A DNA stretch of 64,000 nucleotides from an uncultured Phycisphaeraceae bacterium (GTDB lineage: Bacteria > Planctomycetota > Phycisphaerae > UBA1845): assembly GCA_964574815.1 (NCBI GenBank), contig CAZNPL010000007.1, positions 51,246-115,245 on the forward strand, written 5' to 3'. Below are positions 10,726 to 20,751 of this stretch, in pieces (position 1 is the stretch's first letter; each line of letters opens with the position of its first letter). Both the position numbers and the translations under genes were made by a program. A model generated the notes under the pieces. It was not told where the DNA came from and searched no databases. It saw only the letters and a program-made list of their open reading frames with translations.

Positions 10726-11229
10726 TTACGAGTTCCCGGACAAAAGTCTCTCGGCACGTTCGACGGCGTCTTCCGGCGACCGTGAAACTTCGAGTACCCC
10801 GGCCGATTCGTAGCGATCGAATCCCGACTCCGGACCCCGGCCCAGAAGAATCACGTGCCTGCCGTTTTTCAGAGCAAGGGCGATCTCCGACATCGTGCCG
10901 GCACCACCCGGGCAGGCAATGACCACGTCGCTCGACAGCACGTTGATGACGTTCCGCGCATCGCCCATCCCGGTGACAGCGGCGAAATCGAGATCGTCCG
11001 ACGCATCGTGCGCGTCCCGGCCGGGCAGAATGCCGATCACGGTTCCACCGGCCTCGCGAGCGCCGCGCGCCGAAGCGGCCATCACGCCGACGTTGCGACC
11101 ACCATTGAGCAGAACCCAGCCGCGCTCCGCGATGAGTCGACCCAACCGACCGGCCGCCGCCTCAACCTCGGCTGTCACATTCGCCCCGCCCATCACTCCT
11201 ACAACGGGCCGGCGCCTCGCCTCTCCCAT
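10726..11229 (-). CDS. TIGR00725/LOG-like (SLOG fold) protein
   Basis: 167 aa with VGVMGGANVT...LLNGGRNVGVMAASARGA...GILPG...ACPGGAGTMSEIALA. Confidence 0.7.
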   Translation of the reverse strand: MGEARRRPVVGVMGGANVTAEVEAAAGRLGRLIAERGWVLLNGGRNVGVMAASARGAREAGGTVIGILPGRDAHDASDDLDFAAVTGMGDARNVINVLSSDVVIACPGGAGTMSEIALALKNGRHVILLGRGPESGFDRYESAGVLEVSRSPEDAVERAERLLSGNS

Positions 11230-11375
11230 AGCGTCCGAATCCTCTCTGGCCGATCACGCAGCGTCCAAGGCCCTCCAAGCTGTCACGGCCCCTCGCTCAC
11301 CACGCACACCACCGCACGGTTGAGAGTGTACCGGCTCGGTCTTAGAATGCCCATGTCGGCTGAATCCGAACCAAC

Positions 11376-11660
11376 GTGAATGCGAAGAGGATGAACGTGG
11401 CCGCGCGGAAAGACCAGGCTGCCCGGAAGCGACAATCGATCAGGGAGCGTGTGGCCGCAGTGATCGACCTGATCCGCCCTGCCATCCAAATGGACCGCGG
11501 CGACGTGGAGCTGCTCGACGTGGACGAGGCGGGCGTGGTGCACCTGCGACTTCATGGAGCGTGCGTGGGCTGCCCGTCCAGCGAACTGACTCTCACGATG
11601 GGCATCGAGCGGAATCTCAAGAGGCACGTGCCCGAGGTCACGGCGGTCGTCTGCAACTGA
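11376..11660 (+). CDS. NifU C-terminal domain (Nfu-like) Fe-S assembly protein
   Basis: 94 aa. VIDLIRPAIQMDRGDVELLDVDEAGVVHLRLHGACVGCPSS, containing the CxxC motif. Confidence 0.8.
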   Translation: MNAKRMNVAARKDQAARKRQSIRERVAAVIDLIRPAIQMDRGDVELLDVDEAGVVHLRLHGACVGCPSSELTLTMGIERNLKRHVPEVTAVVCN

Positions 11661-11665
11661 CCCCA

Positions 11666-13580
11666 GTCGGAGTAGGAATCATGATTGCTCATGACCCCCT
11701 CCACAGATCCCAGCGAGCGGGACTACCGCACTGGGCTCCTGCCTCAGGTAATGACGCCCATGCGACGCAGGGGATAGGGATGACAGATGCGGGGCAGAGG
11801 CAACCATTGCGTGATGAGCCGACGCATTCGGTCCCAGGTGACGCGACCCTTGTGGCTTCGCCGCGCCAAGGCGCGATGCCAGAGTCTGCCGACCTCGAAC
11901 CGGAACACGCACAGCGCCCGGCTGTTCATGGGGACACCGTAATAGCGAGTGTGCCCGCTGACGACCGAACGCAACCACTGCCCTACTGCCGGGATCGAGT
12001 CGTGCCAGCGCCGCCGAAGCTCGGCCTTCACCGCCTTCAGCTTCGCCTGCAACCTGCTTCGCATCGTCTGCCGCAACACCGTGAAGCGCCCGTTCCTCTT
12101 CTTCCCGCAAATATGCGTGAAGCCCAGGAAGTTGAACGTCTCAGGCTTGCCCTGACCGTCCCGCCTTCGTCGTTCGGCCGCGAGCGGCCCGAACTCCAGC
12201 AGGCGGGTCTTGTCGGGGTGCAACTCCAGTCGGAACTTGCGGAATCGCTCCCGAAGGTCCGTCAAGAACCGCTCGGCCTCCGATTTGTCTTGGAATCCAA
12301 CGACGAAATCGTCCGCATAGCGCACAACGATCACGTCGCCTCGCGCCTGCGTCTTCCTCCACCATTGAACCCAGAGGTCGAACACGTAGTGGAGGTAGAT
12401 GTTCGCCAACAGCGGCGACACGCTGCCGCCTTGCGGCGTCCCCTCCTCCCTGCGCGTTCGCGTCCCGTCCTCCAGCACGCCCGCGTTGAGCCATTTCTGG
12501 ATCAGCCGCACGACGCGCCGGTCCCCGATGCGGTGCTCGAGGAACTTCACCAGCCAGCCGTGGTCGATGGCGTCGAAAAATCCACGGATGTCGGCGTCGA
12601 GCACCCAGTTCACCTTCTTCGTCAGCAATCCGGTGTACAGGGCGTCCAGCGCGTTGTGCTGGCTGCGCCCCGGCCGGAAGCCGTACGAGAAGCCCAGGAA
12701 GTCGGTTTCGTAGATGGCGTTCATCACCTCGACCGTGGCCCGCTGGACAATCTTGTCTTCCAGCACGGGCACACCGAGCGGCCGCTGCCGCCCGTCGGCT
12801 TTGGGGATGTACACCCTGCGAACCGGCTTGGCCCGGTACGCGCCGCGTTTAAGCCGTTCGCTGAGGTCGAGGAGGTTCTCCTCCAGCGCCTCGCCGTAGG
12901 CTTTCCACGTCTGCCCGTCCACGCCCGGTGCGGCATCCCGCCGGAGGCGGAAGTACGCCTCCCGGAGCATGTCGGGGTCGTAGATGTGGTGCAGCAGCGC
13001 GGTAAACCGCATCCTGCTATCCTTCTTTGCCGCTTGACGTGTCCGCTCCAACGCACTGGGCGCGCTGTCCCGGCACGGAGTCCGGAGCGCGTTTTGTTGG
13101 GGCGGATTCCCTTTGGCCAGGCCCCTTCCCTCCGCCCCCTCCGCGACCGATCGCTCGGCGTTGTTCGAGAGCTTCGCAGGTACTACGGGCCTGTCCGACT
13201 TCCCATGTTCGTTCATCATCGGCGTACGTCCTTGGACTTCCCGACGCGACCCGCGGCCCCATCCGCCACGGGTGAACATGGGACCTCCCGGTTCTCGCGC
13301 GAGGTGTTTCCGCACATGCACGGGGTCTCTGACCGCGCGGAGCCTCGTTGCATCTCGCGATATCGATGCCCCGAGTGTGGCCTTCCGCCTTCTCCTACGG
13401 CGTCGGCGCTCCGGAGTAAGGTTATTTCGCGGCTCAATACCCGGCCTGCGCGTACCCCTGTCAACGCTTCGCCCCTGCCCTCACGGACAGCAACGCATGA
13501 CTCGGGGCCGCTGTGGGCCGCTAACCCTTCAACGTATGACTCTTTCATTCACTACACCTCGCCGGTTTATCCCGGCGCAC
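11666..13580 (-). mobile_element. group II intron, full length (~1.9 kb), carrying an RT/maturase ORF in domain IV
   Basis: On the minus strand the 5' end reads GUGCGCC at 13580. Downstream of the ORF there is a domain V-like hairpin, GAGCCCAGUGCGGUAGUCCCGCUCGCUGGGAUC, containing the AGC triad. Domain VI is GGAGGGGGUCAUGA-GCAA-UCAUGAUUCCUACUCC with a bulged A at about 11673, 7 nt before a ...GAC 3' end at about 11666. Confidence 0.8.
11744..13321 (-). CDS. group II intron reverse transcriptase/maturase (no obvious endonuclease domain)
   Basis: 525 aa. Motifs include RFTALLHHIYDPDMLREAYFRLRRDAAPGVDGQTW, IPKADGRQRPLGVP and the YADD catalytic box (VVRYADDFVVGF), plus a C-terminal maturase tail ending ICHPYPLRRMGVIT. 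The likelier start is MMNEHGKSDRP at about 13219. Confidence 0.9.
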   Translation of the reverse strand: MHVRKHLAREPGGPMFTRGGWGRGSRREVQGRTPMMNEHGKSDRPVVPAKLSNNAERSVAEGAEGRGLAKGNPPQQNALRTPCRDSAPSALERTRQAAKKDSRMRFTALLHHIYDPDMLREAYFRLRRDAAPGVDGQTWKAYGEALEENLLDLSERLKRGAYRAKPVRRVYIPKADGRQRPLGVPVLEDKIVQRATVEVMNAIYETDFLGFSYGFRPGRSQHNALDALYTGLLTKKVNWVLDADIRGFFDAIDHGWLVKFLEHRIGDRRVVRLIQKWLNAGVLEDGTRTRREEGTPQGGSVSPLLANIYLHYVFDLWVQWWRKTQARGDVIVVRYADDFVVGFQDKSEAERFLTDLRERFRKFRLELHPDKTRLLEFGPLAAERRRRDGQGKPETFNFLGFTHICGKKRNGRFTVLRQTMRSRLQAKLKAVKAELRRRWHDSIPAVGQWLRSVVSGHTRYYGVPMNSRALCVFRFEVGRLWHRALARRSHKGRVTWDRMRRLITQWLPLPRICHPYPLRRMGVIT

Positions 13581-13593
13581 AGGAGACGTACCG

Positions 13594-14424
13594 ATGCCCA
13601 TGTCGTGGTTCATCACAGGCTGCTCCACCGGTTTCGGAAAACTCCTGGCGCAGAAGCTGCTCGACCAGGGATACAACGTCGTCGCCACCGCCCGCAACGT
13701 CGACCAACTGGCCGATCTAAAGGCTCCCGACGAGCAGAAGATGATCCGAGCGCCGCTGGACGTGACGCGTGGCGCCCAAATCACCGAGGCCGCCCAAACC
13801 GCCTTCGAACGCTTCGGCCACATCGACGTACTCGTCAACAACGCCGGGTACGGCTACTTCTCCACGTTCGAAGATGGCGACGTCGACGAGATTCGCCGCA
13901 TGTTCGAGACGAATGTTACCGGTCTCATCCGGGCCACACAGGCCTTTCTCCCGTCCATGCGCGAGCGCCGGTCCGGTACGATCGTGAACCTGAGCAGCAT
14001 CGCCGGACGTGTGGCTTTCTGTCGCGCAGCTTTCTACAACGCCAGCAAGTTCGCAGTGGAGGCCCTGAGCGAGGCGCTGCACCACGAGACACGGACATTC
14101 GGCATCCGGGTGATCGTGATCGAGCCGGGGGCTTATGATACGGACTTTGCACCCCGATCGGCCGTCCGATCACCGATGCTGGCCGACCCGGAGGCGCCAT
14201 ACGCTCATCTGGCCGACAAGTGGTCCGACGCGTCCGCCCGGATGATGCCGGAAAAACAGGACCCCATGGAGGTCGTCGACGGCATCATCGAGGCGGTGCT
14301 CGCAGACAAGCCCTTCATGCGAATCCCCTTCGGCCGCGATGCGGAGGCCCTCGTTACCGAGCGGGAATCAATGTCCGATGCAGACTTTATTCGGGCGATG
14401 AGTCAACGCTACGAGGCGTCGTAG
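13594..14424 (+). CDS. SDR family oxidoreductase
   Basis: 276 aa with WFITGCSTGFGK (TGxxxGxG), NNAG and YNASK (YxxxK). The SD sequence AGGAGA lies at 13581-13586, directly abutting the intron end. Confidence 0.85.
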   Translation: MPMSWFITGCSTGFGKLLAQKLLDQGYNVVATARNVDQLADLKAPDEQKMIRAPLDVTRGAQITEAAQTAFERFGHIDVLVNNAGYGYFSTFEDGDVDEIRRMFETNVTGLIRATQAFLPSMRERRSGTIVNLSSIAGRVAFCRAAFYNASKFAVEALSEALHHETRTFGIRVIVIEPGAYDTDFAPRSAVRSPMLADPEAPYAHLADKWSDASARMMPEKQDPMEVVDGIIEAVLADKPFMRIPFGRDAEALVTERESMSDADFIRAMSQRYEAS

Positions 14425-14591
14425 CGAAAACAGCACTACGCCTTTTCCGCCGATTTTTCCCACGTTCGCATGACGGCGCGCCGAATCAGAAATCAGGGGC
14501 ACGCCACCCGCGCCGCGACCGTTTGAATCGTAAGCTTAAGCGACGTGGGTCGTCCGTACGCTCTCATAACCACATTCCGGTGAGGTGACAC

Positions 14592-14975
14592 GTGGACACA
14601 GACGTGAACGTCAAGGAATTCGTCCCGCTCAACCGCAAGACCATCGCTCGACTCATCGCCAACCGCCGCAGGGCCGACAACGGCTATCAGGGGCGAAGAC
14701 GCCGCCGTCTGGAACGTTGGCCCTTTCCCGGCCAGCTTCAGTTGTGGATCAAGAACACCGCCGGTGAGGAAATCCAGGTTTTCGGAACCTGCCACAATAT
14801 GAACGAGCACGGCATTGGGGTAAACTGCGACTGCTACGTCGAGCCGGGAATGCGCGTTCCCATCGCCGTCCACCAGCCTGAGGCCACCTATCACGGGGAG
14901 GGTGTCGTACGCCACTGCACACCTTCGGGCCGCAGCTATTTCGTAGGCATCGAATTCATCGGCTACATCGAATAG
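14592..14975 (+). CDS. PilZ domain protein (putative c-di-GMP receptor)
   Basis: 127 aa. An RRRRLER (RxxxR) motif is followed by NMNEHGIG, which resembles the (D/N)xSxxG motif. Confidence 0.55.
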   Translation: MDTDVNVKEFVPLNRKTIARLIANRRRADNGYQGRRRRRLERWPFPGQLQLWIKNTAGEEIQVFGTCHNMNEHGIGVNCDCYVEPGMRVPIAVHQPEATYHGEGVVRHCTPSGRSYFVGIEFIGYIE

Positions 14976-15020
14976 AGTAACTGACCTGTGATCTGCGACG
15001 GGTCACCCACACGGGGTGGC

Positions 15021-15173
15021 CCACGTCTTCAGGGCTTGTCGATTTATTCTCGATCGCATACACGGATTGCGACTTTCGTGTCCCCGAACCCTGGGTTTTG
15101 GGTGCGCGCCAGGCGATCGAAGGGGTGTCGATTTAATCGAGGCCGATTAAATCGACAGGCCCTTCAGACGTGG
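15021..15173. repeat. ~150-bp imperfect palindromic element between convergent genes
   Basis: The 26-nt arms CCACGTCTTCAGGGCTTGTCGATTTA (15021-15046) and TAAATCGACAGGCCCTTCAGACGTGG (15148-15173) are inverted with about 3 mismatches. There is also an internal perfect 13-bp AT-rich hairpin, GTCGATTTAATCG-AGGC-CGATTAAATCGAC (15127-15156). Confidence 0.6.
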
Positions 15174-15274
15174 GGTCACGATTTCGCGCACTACCACCTC
15201 TCGGCGAAATAGTACGAGCGGATAAAGAGCAGGAATCGCCACCCCACCTCGAAAACGAGGCGGGCCACACGGCT

Positions 15275-16729
15275 TCAGGTGCGGGCTCGTCCCTGCTTCA
15301 GCCTCCGACGCTGCCGAGGATAGACGAGAACACACAGAACGATCGCAAGCAGTGCATGCAATACGACGCCGGGAATTACGTTGGCCCCCTCCGGCTCAAA
15401 CACCTCCATCATGACGCCGACAGGCGACAAGCCGCGAACGACGGTCGGTCCAGGCGCGGGCCGCTCCCACGCAACGCCTGCAACGCCCTCCCGGTAACCC
15501 GCGTCCAGAACAACCGGCGCGGCCCACAGCAGGCACACGTATAGCACAAGCACCATAAGGGGCTGCTTGCCCACCGCGTAGGCGCGCGTCGCAAGCGCCT
15601 CGGCCGTTGTCAGACAAGCGACAATGACGACGGCAAGGCCAACGACGGCCGACGGCTGCCGGCCCGCGTTGTAGATGAACGCAAAGGTGACAATCAGGAT
15701 CGCGCAGATCAAAGGCACAAAAACCGGGGGAAGCCGTACGTGCCCGCGCCGCCTCGTCGCCGGAGGGTGGGCGGCAGTCCGGGCGTGGGCGACCGCAATA
15801 ATCGGAATCAGTGCGACGAGCATGGACAGAGCCGACGTTCCGCTACAAACCAGTGGCAAGTCGGCGATTTGCTCCCCAAAAGCAGTCAGATTGCGATCCC
15901 GGGCCAAGACCTGAGCGACGATGACGGCGGCGCTCGCCAGCCACCAGACGAACATCAGGCCAAGCGCTCGCAAGGTGTCGAAGGCCGGCAGGTCCGGCCG
16001 CAGATACTTGCGAATCGCCGCGCGCCCCCAGATGGCCGTCACAACGGTATTGATGACCAGCAGGCCAAGCGCATCGCCCGCACCGACCCGCGAATCTCCA
16101 ACCATCAGCATTCCCGCCGCGCCGTGTGCCAAGAACCCGGTGAACACACCCAACCCCGGAGAAAGACCCATCAGCGGGCTCGTGATGAACAAAACCAGCA
16201 ACACCCCAACCGGGTTGATCGGCTTCTGCCTGCCGATTCCAATCAGCACCGTGGCACTCCACGGAAGCAGTACGACCGCGAGCAGAAAGACGTTGCCGAT
16301 GAGCCATGTGTCGACGCCTTTCGTACCCCACATGATGACAAAAGACCCGAACCAAACATTGAGAAGAAAGAGAACGAGCAAGTGCAGGTTCGGACCGAAC
16401 AGGTATCCGGTCAGAACAGTGAAGCCGCGCAACGGGGAAACGCGGTGCGATTCGAGCATGCGGGTCGTCGTGTCGCGCACGAGCGCCCGGTGGATGGCGC
16501 TGCACCCCCCGGCCACCAGAATAATGAACTGAAGCCCGGTGAGCACAACCAGCTCGGCATCATAGAAAGAGGCGGCCGGCTGGTCCCTGAAAAGCTGTCG
16601 AAAACCGGCGGTGCCGCCGACGAGCAGCACCGTCCAGACCGCCGCATAGCCCCAGAGCTTGCTCGGGCCGAACAGCCGGTAGTGAAGCCATATCAGCGGA
16701 TGCGGAATGGACGCGGCCCCGGTTGCCAT
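15275..16729 (-). CDS. multi-pass membrane protein, probable permease partner of the upstream ABC ATPase
   Basis: 484 aa and very hydrophobic, with about 12 predicted TM stretches by eye. Its start overlaps the stop of the ATPase gene by 1 nt. Confidence 0.65.
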   Translation of the reverse strand: MATGAASIPHPLIWLHYRLFGPSKLWGYAAVWTVLLVGGTAGFRQLFRDQPAASFYDAELVVLTGLQFIILVAGGCSAIHRALVRDTTTRMLESHRVSPLRGFTVLTGYLFGPNLHLLVLFLLNVWFGSFVIMWGTKGVDTWLIGNVFLLAVVLLPWSATVLIGIGRQKPINPVGVLLVLFITSPLMGLSPGLGVFTGFLAHGAAGMLMVGDSRVGAGDALGLLVINTVVTAIWGRAAIRKYLRPDLPAFDTLRALGLMFVWWLASAAVIVAQVLARDRNLTAFGEQIADLPLVCSGTSALSMLVALIPIIAVAHARTAAHPPATRRRGHVRLPPVFVPLICAILIVTFAFIYNAGRQPSAVVGLAVVIVACLTTAEALATRAYAVGKQPLMVLVLYVCLLWAAPVVLDAGYREGVAGVAWERPAPGPTVVRGLSPVGVMMEVFEPEGANVIPGVVLHALLAIVLCVLVYPRQRRRLKQGRART

Positions 16730-17745
16730 CAGTCCACCTGTTTCACTCCAGACCTCAAGTACACCTGTTCGAGTGTCTCATCCAGAGGCGCGAAAGAGGC
16801 CACGGGAACGCCGCTCCGGACCAGCTTCTTCAAGAGTTCGGCAGCCCGCTCGGGCGCGTCATCAAACTCCAGCATCCAGCCGCCGTCGGCCGGCCGGAGG
16901 TCGCTGACGCCCTCGACGGCGGCGATCGTGGCCTCGACGGTCTCGACGGCTTGAGCCACAACCAGCCGGTACCGGCAGCGCCCGACCGCCCGGTCGTGCA
17001 GCTCCTTCACACGCCCGAACCTCAAGAAACGGCCATGCTCGATGATCGCTATGTGCGTGCAATACTCTTCGAGGTCAGCCAGGATATGAGATGAAACGAT
17101 GAGTGCCTTGTGCTGGTCGCGAAGATCGGCGAGCACCTGCCTGAACTGAATCCGGCCGGCTGGGTCGAGACCGGCGGATGGTTCATCGAGCAGAATCACG
17201 TTCGGGTTGGGTATGAGCGTGCGCGCCACCGTAACGCGCTGCCGCATTCCGCGGGACAGTTTCCCGATCTTCTCCTGCCGCCGATCCGATAGCCAAAGTT
17301 GCTCCAGCCAGAAATCCGTGTGCTCCTCCGCGGCCTCCGGCTCCAGCCCGTAGGAGCGCGCAATAAATATCAAGAAATCGTGCACCGTGAGTTCGTCGTA
17401 GAGCGGCGGGAAGTCAGGAGCGAAACCGATGTGGCGCCGAACGTCGCCCTCCCGGCCGAACACGTGGCAACCCATCACGTGAACATCCCCGGCCGTCGGC
17501 GGCTGGAGACCGCACATGGCGCGAAGCAGCGTCGTCTTGCCCGCACCGTTGGGACCGATCAGGCCGACAAGATCGCCGGCGTGCAATTCGAACGAGACGT
17601 CATCCACCGCGACCACCGGTCCGAACTCGACACGTAAGCCGCTGACGACCGCCAGAGTGGCAGGTGAATCGGTTTGCAGGTTTGTCATCACACTCAGCCG
17701 TAGGTTGCTCGTACCGGGCCATCTCCGTGCCGGCCGCGTGACCAT
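16729..17745 (-). CDS. ABC transporter ATP-binding protein
   Basis: 338 aa with GLIGPNGAGKTTLL, LSRGMRQRV and VILLDEPSAGLD. The likely true start is MTNLQTD at about 17688. Confidence 0.9.
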   Translation of the reverse strand: MVTRPARRWPGTSNLRLSVMTNLQTDSPATLAVVSGLRVEFGPVVAVDDVSFELHAGDLVGLIGPNGAGKTTLLRAMCGLQPPTAGDVHVMGCHVFGREGDVRRHIGFAPDFPPLYDELTVHDFLIFIARSYGLEPEAAEEHTDFWLEQLWLSDRRQEKIGKLSRGMRQRVTVARTLIPNPNVILLDEPSAGLDPAGRIQFRQVLADLRDQHKALIVSSHILADLEEYCTHIAIIEHGRFLRFGRVKELHDRAVGRCRYRLVVAQAVETVEATIAAVEGVSDLRPADGGWMLEFDDAPERAAELLKKLVRSGVPVASFAPLDETLEQVYLRSGVKQVD

Positions 17746-17967
17746 GCTTTTACCCGCATTGGGTCAGCCGTTTCAACTCGTATGACGCCAATTGCGCCTT
17801 TTCGGCGGGGACGCTGCCAGCGGCACCTGCCGGAACGGTCACGCATCCGGGCTTGCGGTTGCTGTGCGACTCATTGGATATCCGGCGCGATTTCGCGTAT
17901 CTCTAGCGTCGCGCGGCCACCGACCGATAGTGAGGTTATGGCCAGACGTACGTGACTTTCCGCTTAA

Positions 17968-19269
<1,302 letters not shown>

Positions 19270-19368
19270 CCGAACCGCGGCTTGGGGGGCTGCTTTACTT
19301 GACCGGCCCGAGCGCAAGCAACGCAATCGAGCGATCGAAGGCCGACAAGAACGATCAGGGATGATCAA

Positions 19369-19899
19369 ATGAGCACGAGGCAGGATGCCGACACCCGACC
19401 CCAACCGTCCCCCGTCATGTTCTGGCTGCTGGTCATTCCCGCTTCGATCGTCTTTGCCGCCTGCGTGCTTGCGCCCGTGTGGGAGGACTATCGTGCGATG
19501 GCGCTGGCCGAACACCTTGAAACGGCAGCGGTCGATCGGATGCGCGCCGACATCGAACGCCTGGAGCGCGAACTGGAAGGCCTCCGCAACGATCCGGCCG
19601 TGATCGCCCGGGTGGCGCAGCGCGACCTCGGATATCACAGGTCAAATCGAGACATCGTCTATGTCGCACCGTCCCCACCCGCGCATGAGTTCGAATTGGC
19701 GTTTTCCGATCGGGAGACAGAGCCTCCGTCATCCGTCGATGCCTATCTCAATCGTCTCCCCCTCGCGAAGCACCGCGACGCTTTCCTCGACGCCCGCACA
19801 CGCATCCGGCTGATGTGCCTCTGTGGAGCCGTCGCCGCCGCTGCGTTCATTCTCTACCCCGTCCGCCGGCCACATGACAACGCCGATCGCTTCCATTGA
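19369..19899 (+). CDS. septum formation initiator (FtsB/DivIC-like) family protein
   Basis: 176 aa with an N-terminal TM segment, then a coiled coil DIERLERELEGLRNDPAVIARVAQRDLGY. The position after eno is a conserved gene neighbourhood. Confidence 0.65.
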   Translation: MSTRQDADTRPQPSPVMFWLLVIPASIVFAACVLAPVWEDYRAMALAEHLETAAVDRMRADIERLERELEGLRNDPAVIARVAQRDLGYHRSNRDIVYVAPSPPAHEFELAFSDRETEPPSSVDAYLNRLPLAKHRDAFLDARTRIRLMCLCGAVAAAAFILYPVRRPHDNADRFH

Positions 19900-20115
19900 G
19901 CCGCGTTGCTCCCGAGTGACCGCAAACAGACCGGCGATGTATCACAGGGAATCAGTGACCCAGTACACAGACCGGCCTTCAGGGGCGCCCGAATTCACCC
20001 TTTTTATTTCTCAGAAGACTATTTGAAAACATCCCGATAGCCCGTATAGAATCGGACGTAGAGCGGCCGGTGGTTCAGCCGCTCAATTGCTCCGCCGTAT
20101 TTCCGGGCCGTCGAG

Positions 20116-20751
20116 GTGGGTGACATGTCATCTTCAGGTGAGCCGACATCGCGCGCTGGCCATGATTGGCTGCCCCTCATGTACGCCGAGCTCCGCCGAA
20201 TCGCCCGCCACTACATACGTCGCCAGCCGCCCGGCTTCACGCTCAGACCCACCGAACTGGTGCACGAGGCCTGTCTTCGCCTGATCCGTGAGGGCGTCAA
20301 GGGTTGCCAGGACGAAGCCCGGTTCCGAGCCATCGCCGCCAAGCAGATATCCCAGGCCGTCGTGGACCACGTCCGTCGAAGAAACTCGAAGAAACGCGGA
20401 GGCGGAGGCATTCGTAACGGCAAGCATCCGCCGATCGAAGAAACCACCGAGCCGGCGGGACCGGAAGCACCGCAACCTCGCCGCTGGAGCCGCGTTCCCC
20501 TCGAGTCGATCGATGTCGAAGTCGAGGAACGACACGTCGTGCTTCTGGATCTGGCCGATGCGCTCGGCGCCCTCCAGAACGAAAGCAGCCGGCTGCACGA
20601 CGTGATCGTACTGCGATGGTTCGGAGGGTTAAAGAACTCCGACATCGCACAATACCTTGACATCAGTACCAGCGCGGTCGAAAAAGACCACCGGCACGCC
20701 ATTGCGTGGCTCAGTCGAAGGCTCGACGAGGCGGACAAACATGGCGACTGA
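20116..20751 (+). CDS. ECF-type RNA polymerase sigma factor (kinase-associated type)
   Basis: 211 aa. Region 2-like LPLMYAELRRIARHYI...ELVHEACLRL and a region 4 HTH, VLRWFGGLKNSDIAQYLDISTSAVEKDHRHAIAWL. Confidence 0.8.
   Translation: MGDMSSSGEPTSRAGHDWLPLMYAELRRIARHYIRRQPPGFTLRPTELVHEACLRLIREGVKGCQDEARFRAIAAKQISQAVVDHVRRRNSKKRGGGGIRNGKHPPIEETTEPAGPEAPQPRRWSRVPLESIDVEVEERHVVLLDLADALGALQNESSRLHDVIVLRWFGGLKNSDIAQYLDISTSAVEKDHRHAIAWLSRRLDEADKHGD

Noticed and set aside
11561-13720. 719-aa plus-strand ORF spanning the whole group II intron region
   Set aside because: It is antisense to the clearly recognisable RT/maturase, and its translation is Arg/Pro/His-rich low-complexity sequence. It bridges the NifU-like gene end and the SDR gene start in a way incompatible with both. 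This is a typical high-GC shadow ORF.
15740-16954. 404-aa plus-strand ORF, with similar shadow ORFs at 38895..39821, 39900..40670, 40947..41804, 55047..56066, 41698..42699, 2785..3672 and 4981..5841
   Set aside because: All are antisense to genes with strong family signatures. They show the Arg/Pro/Gly/His-rich composition expected from the reverse frame of GC3-rich genes.
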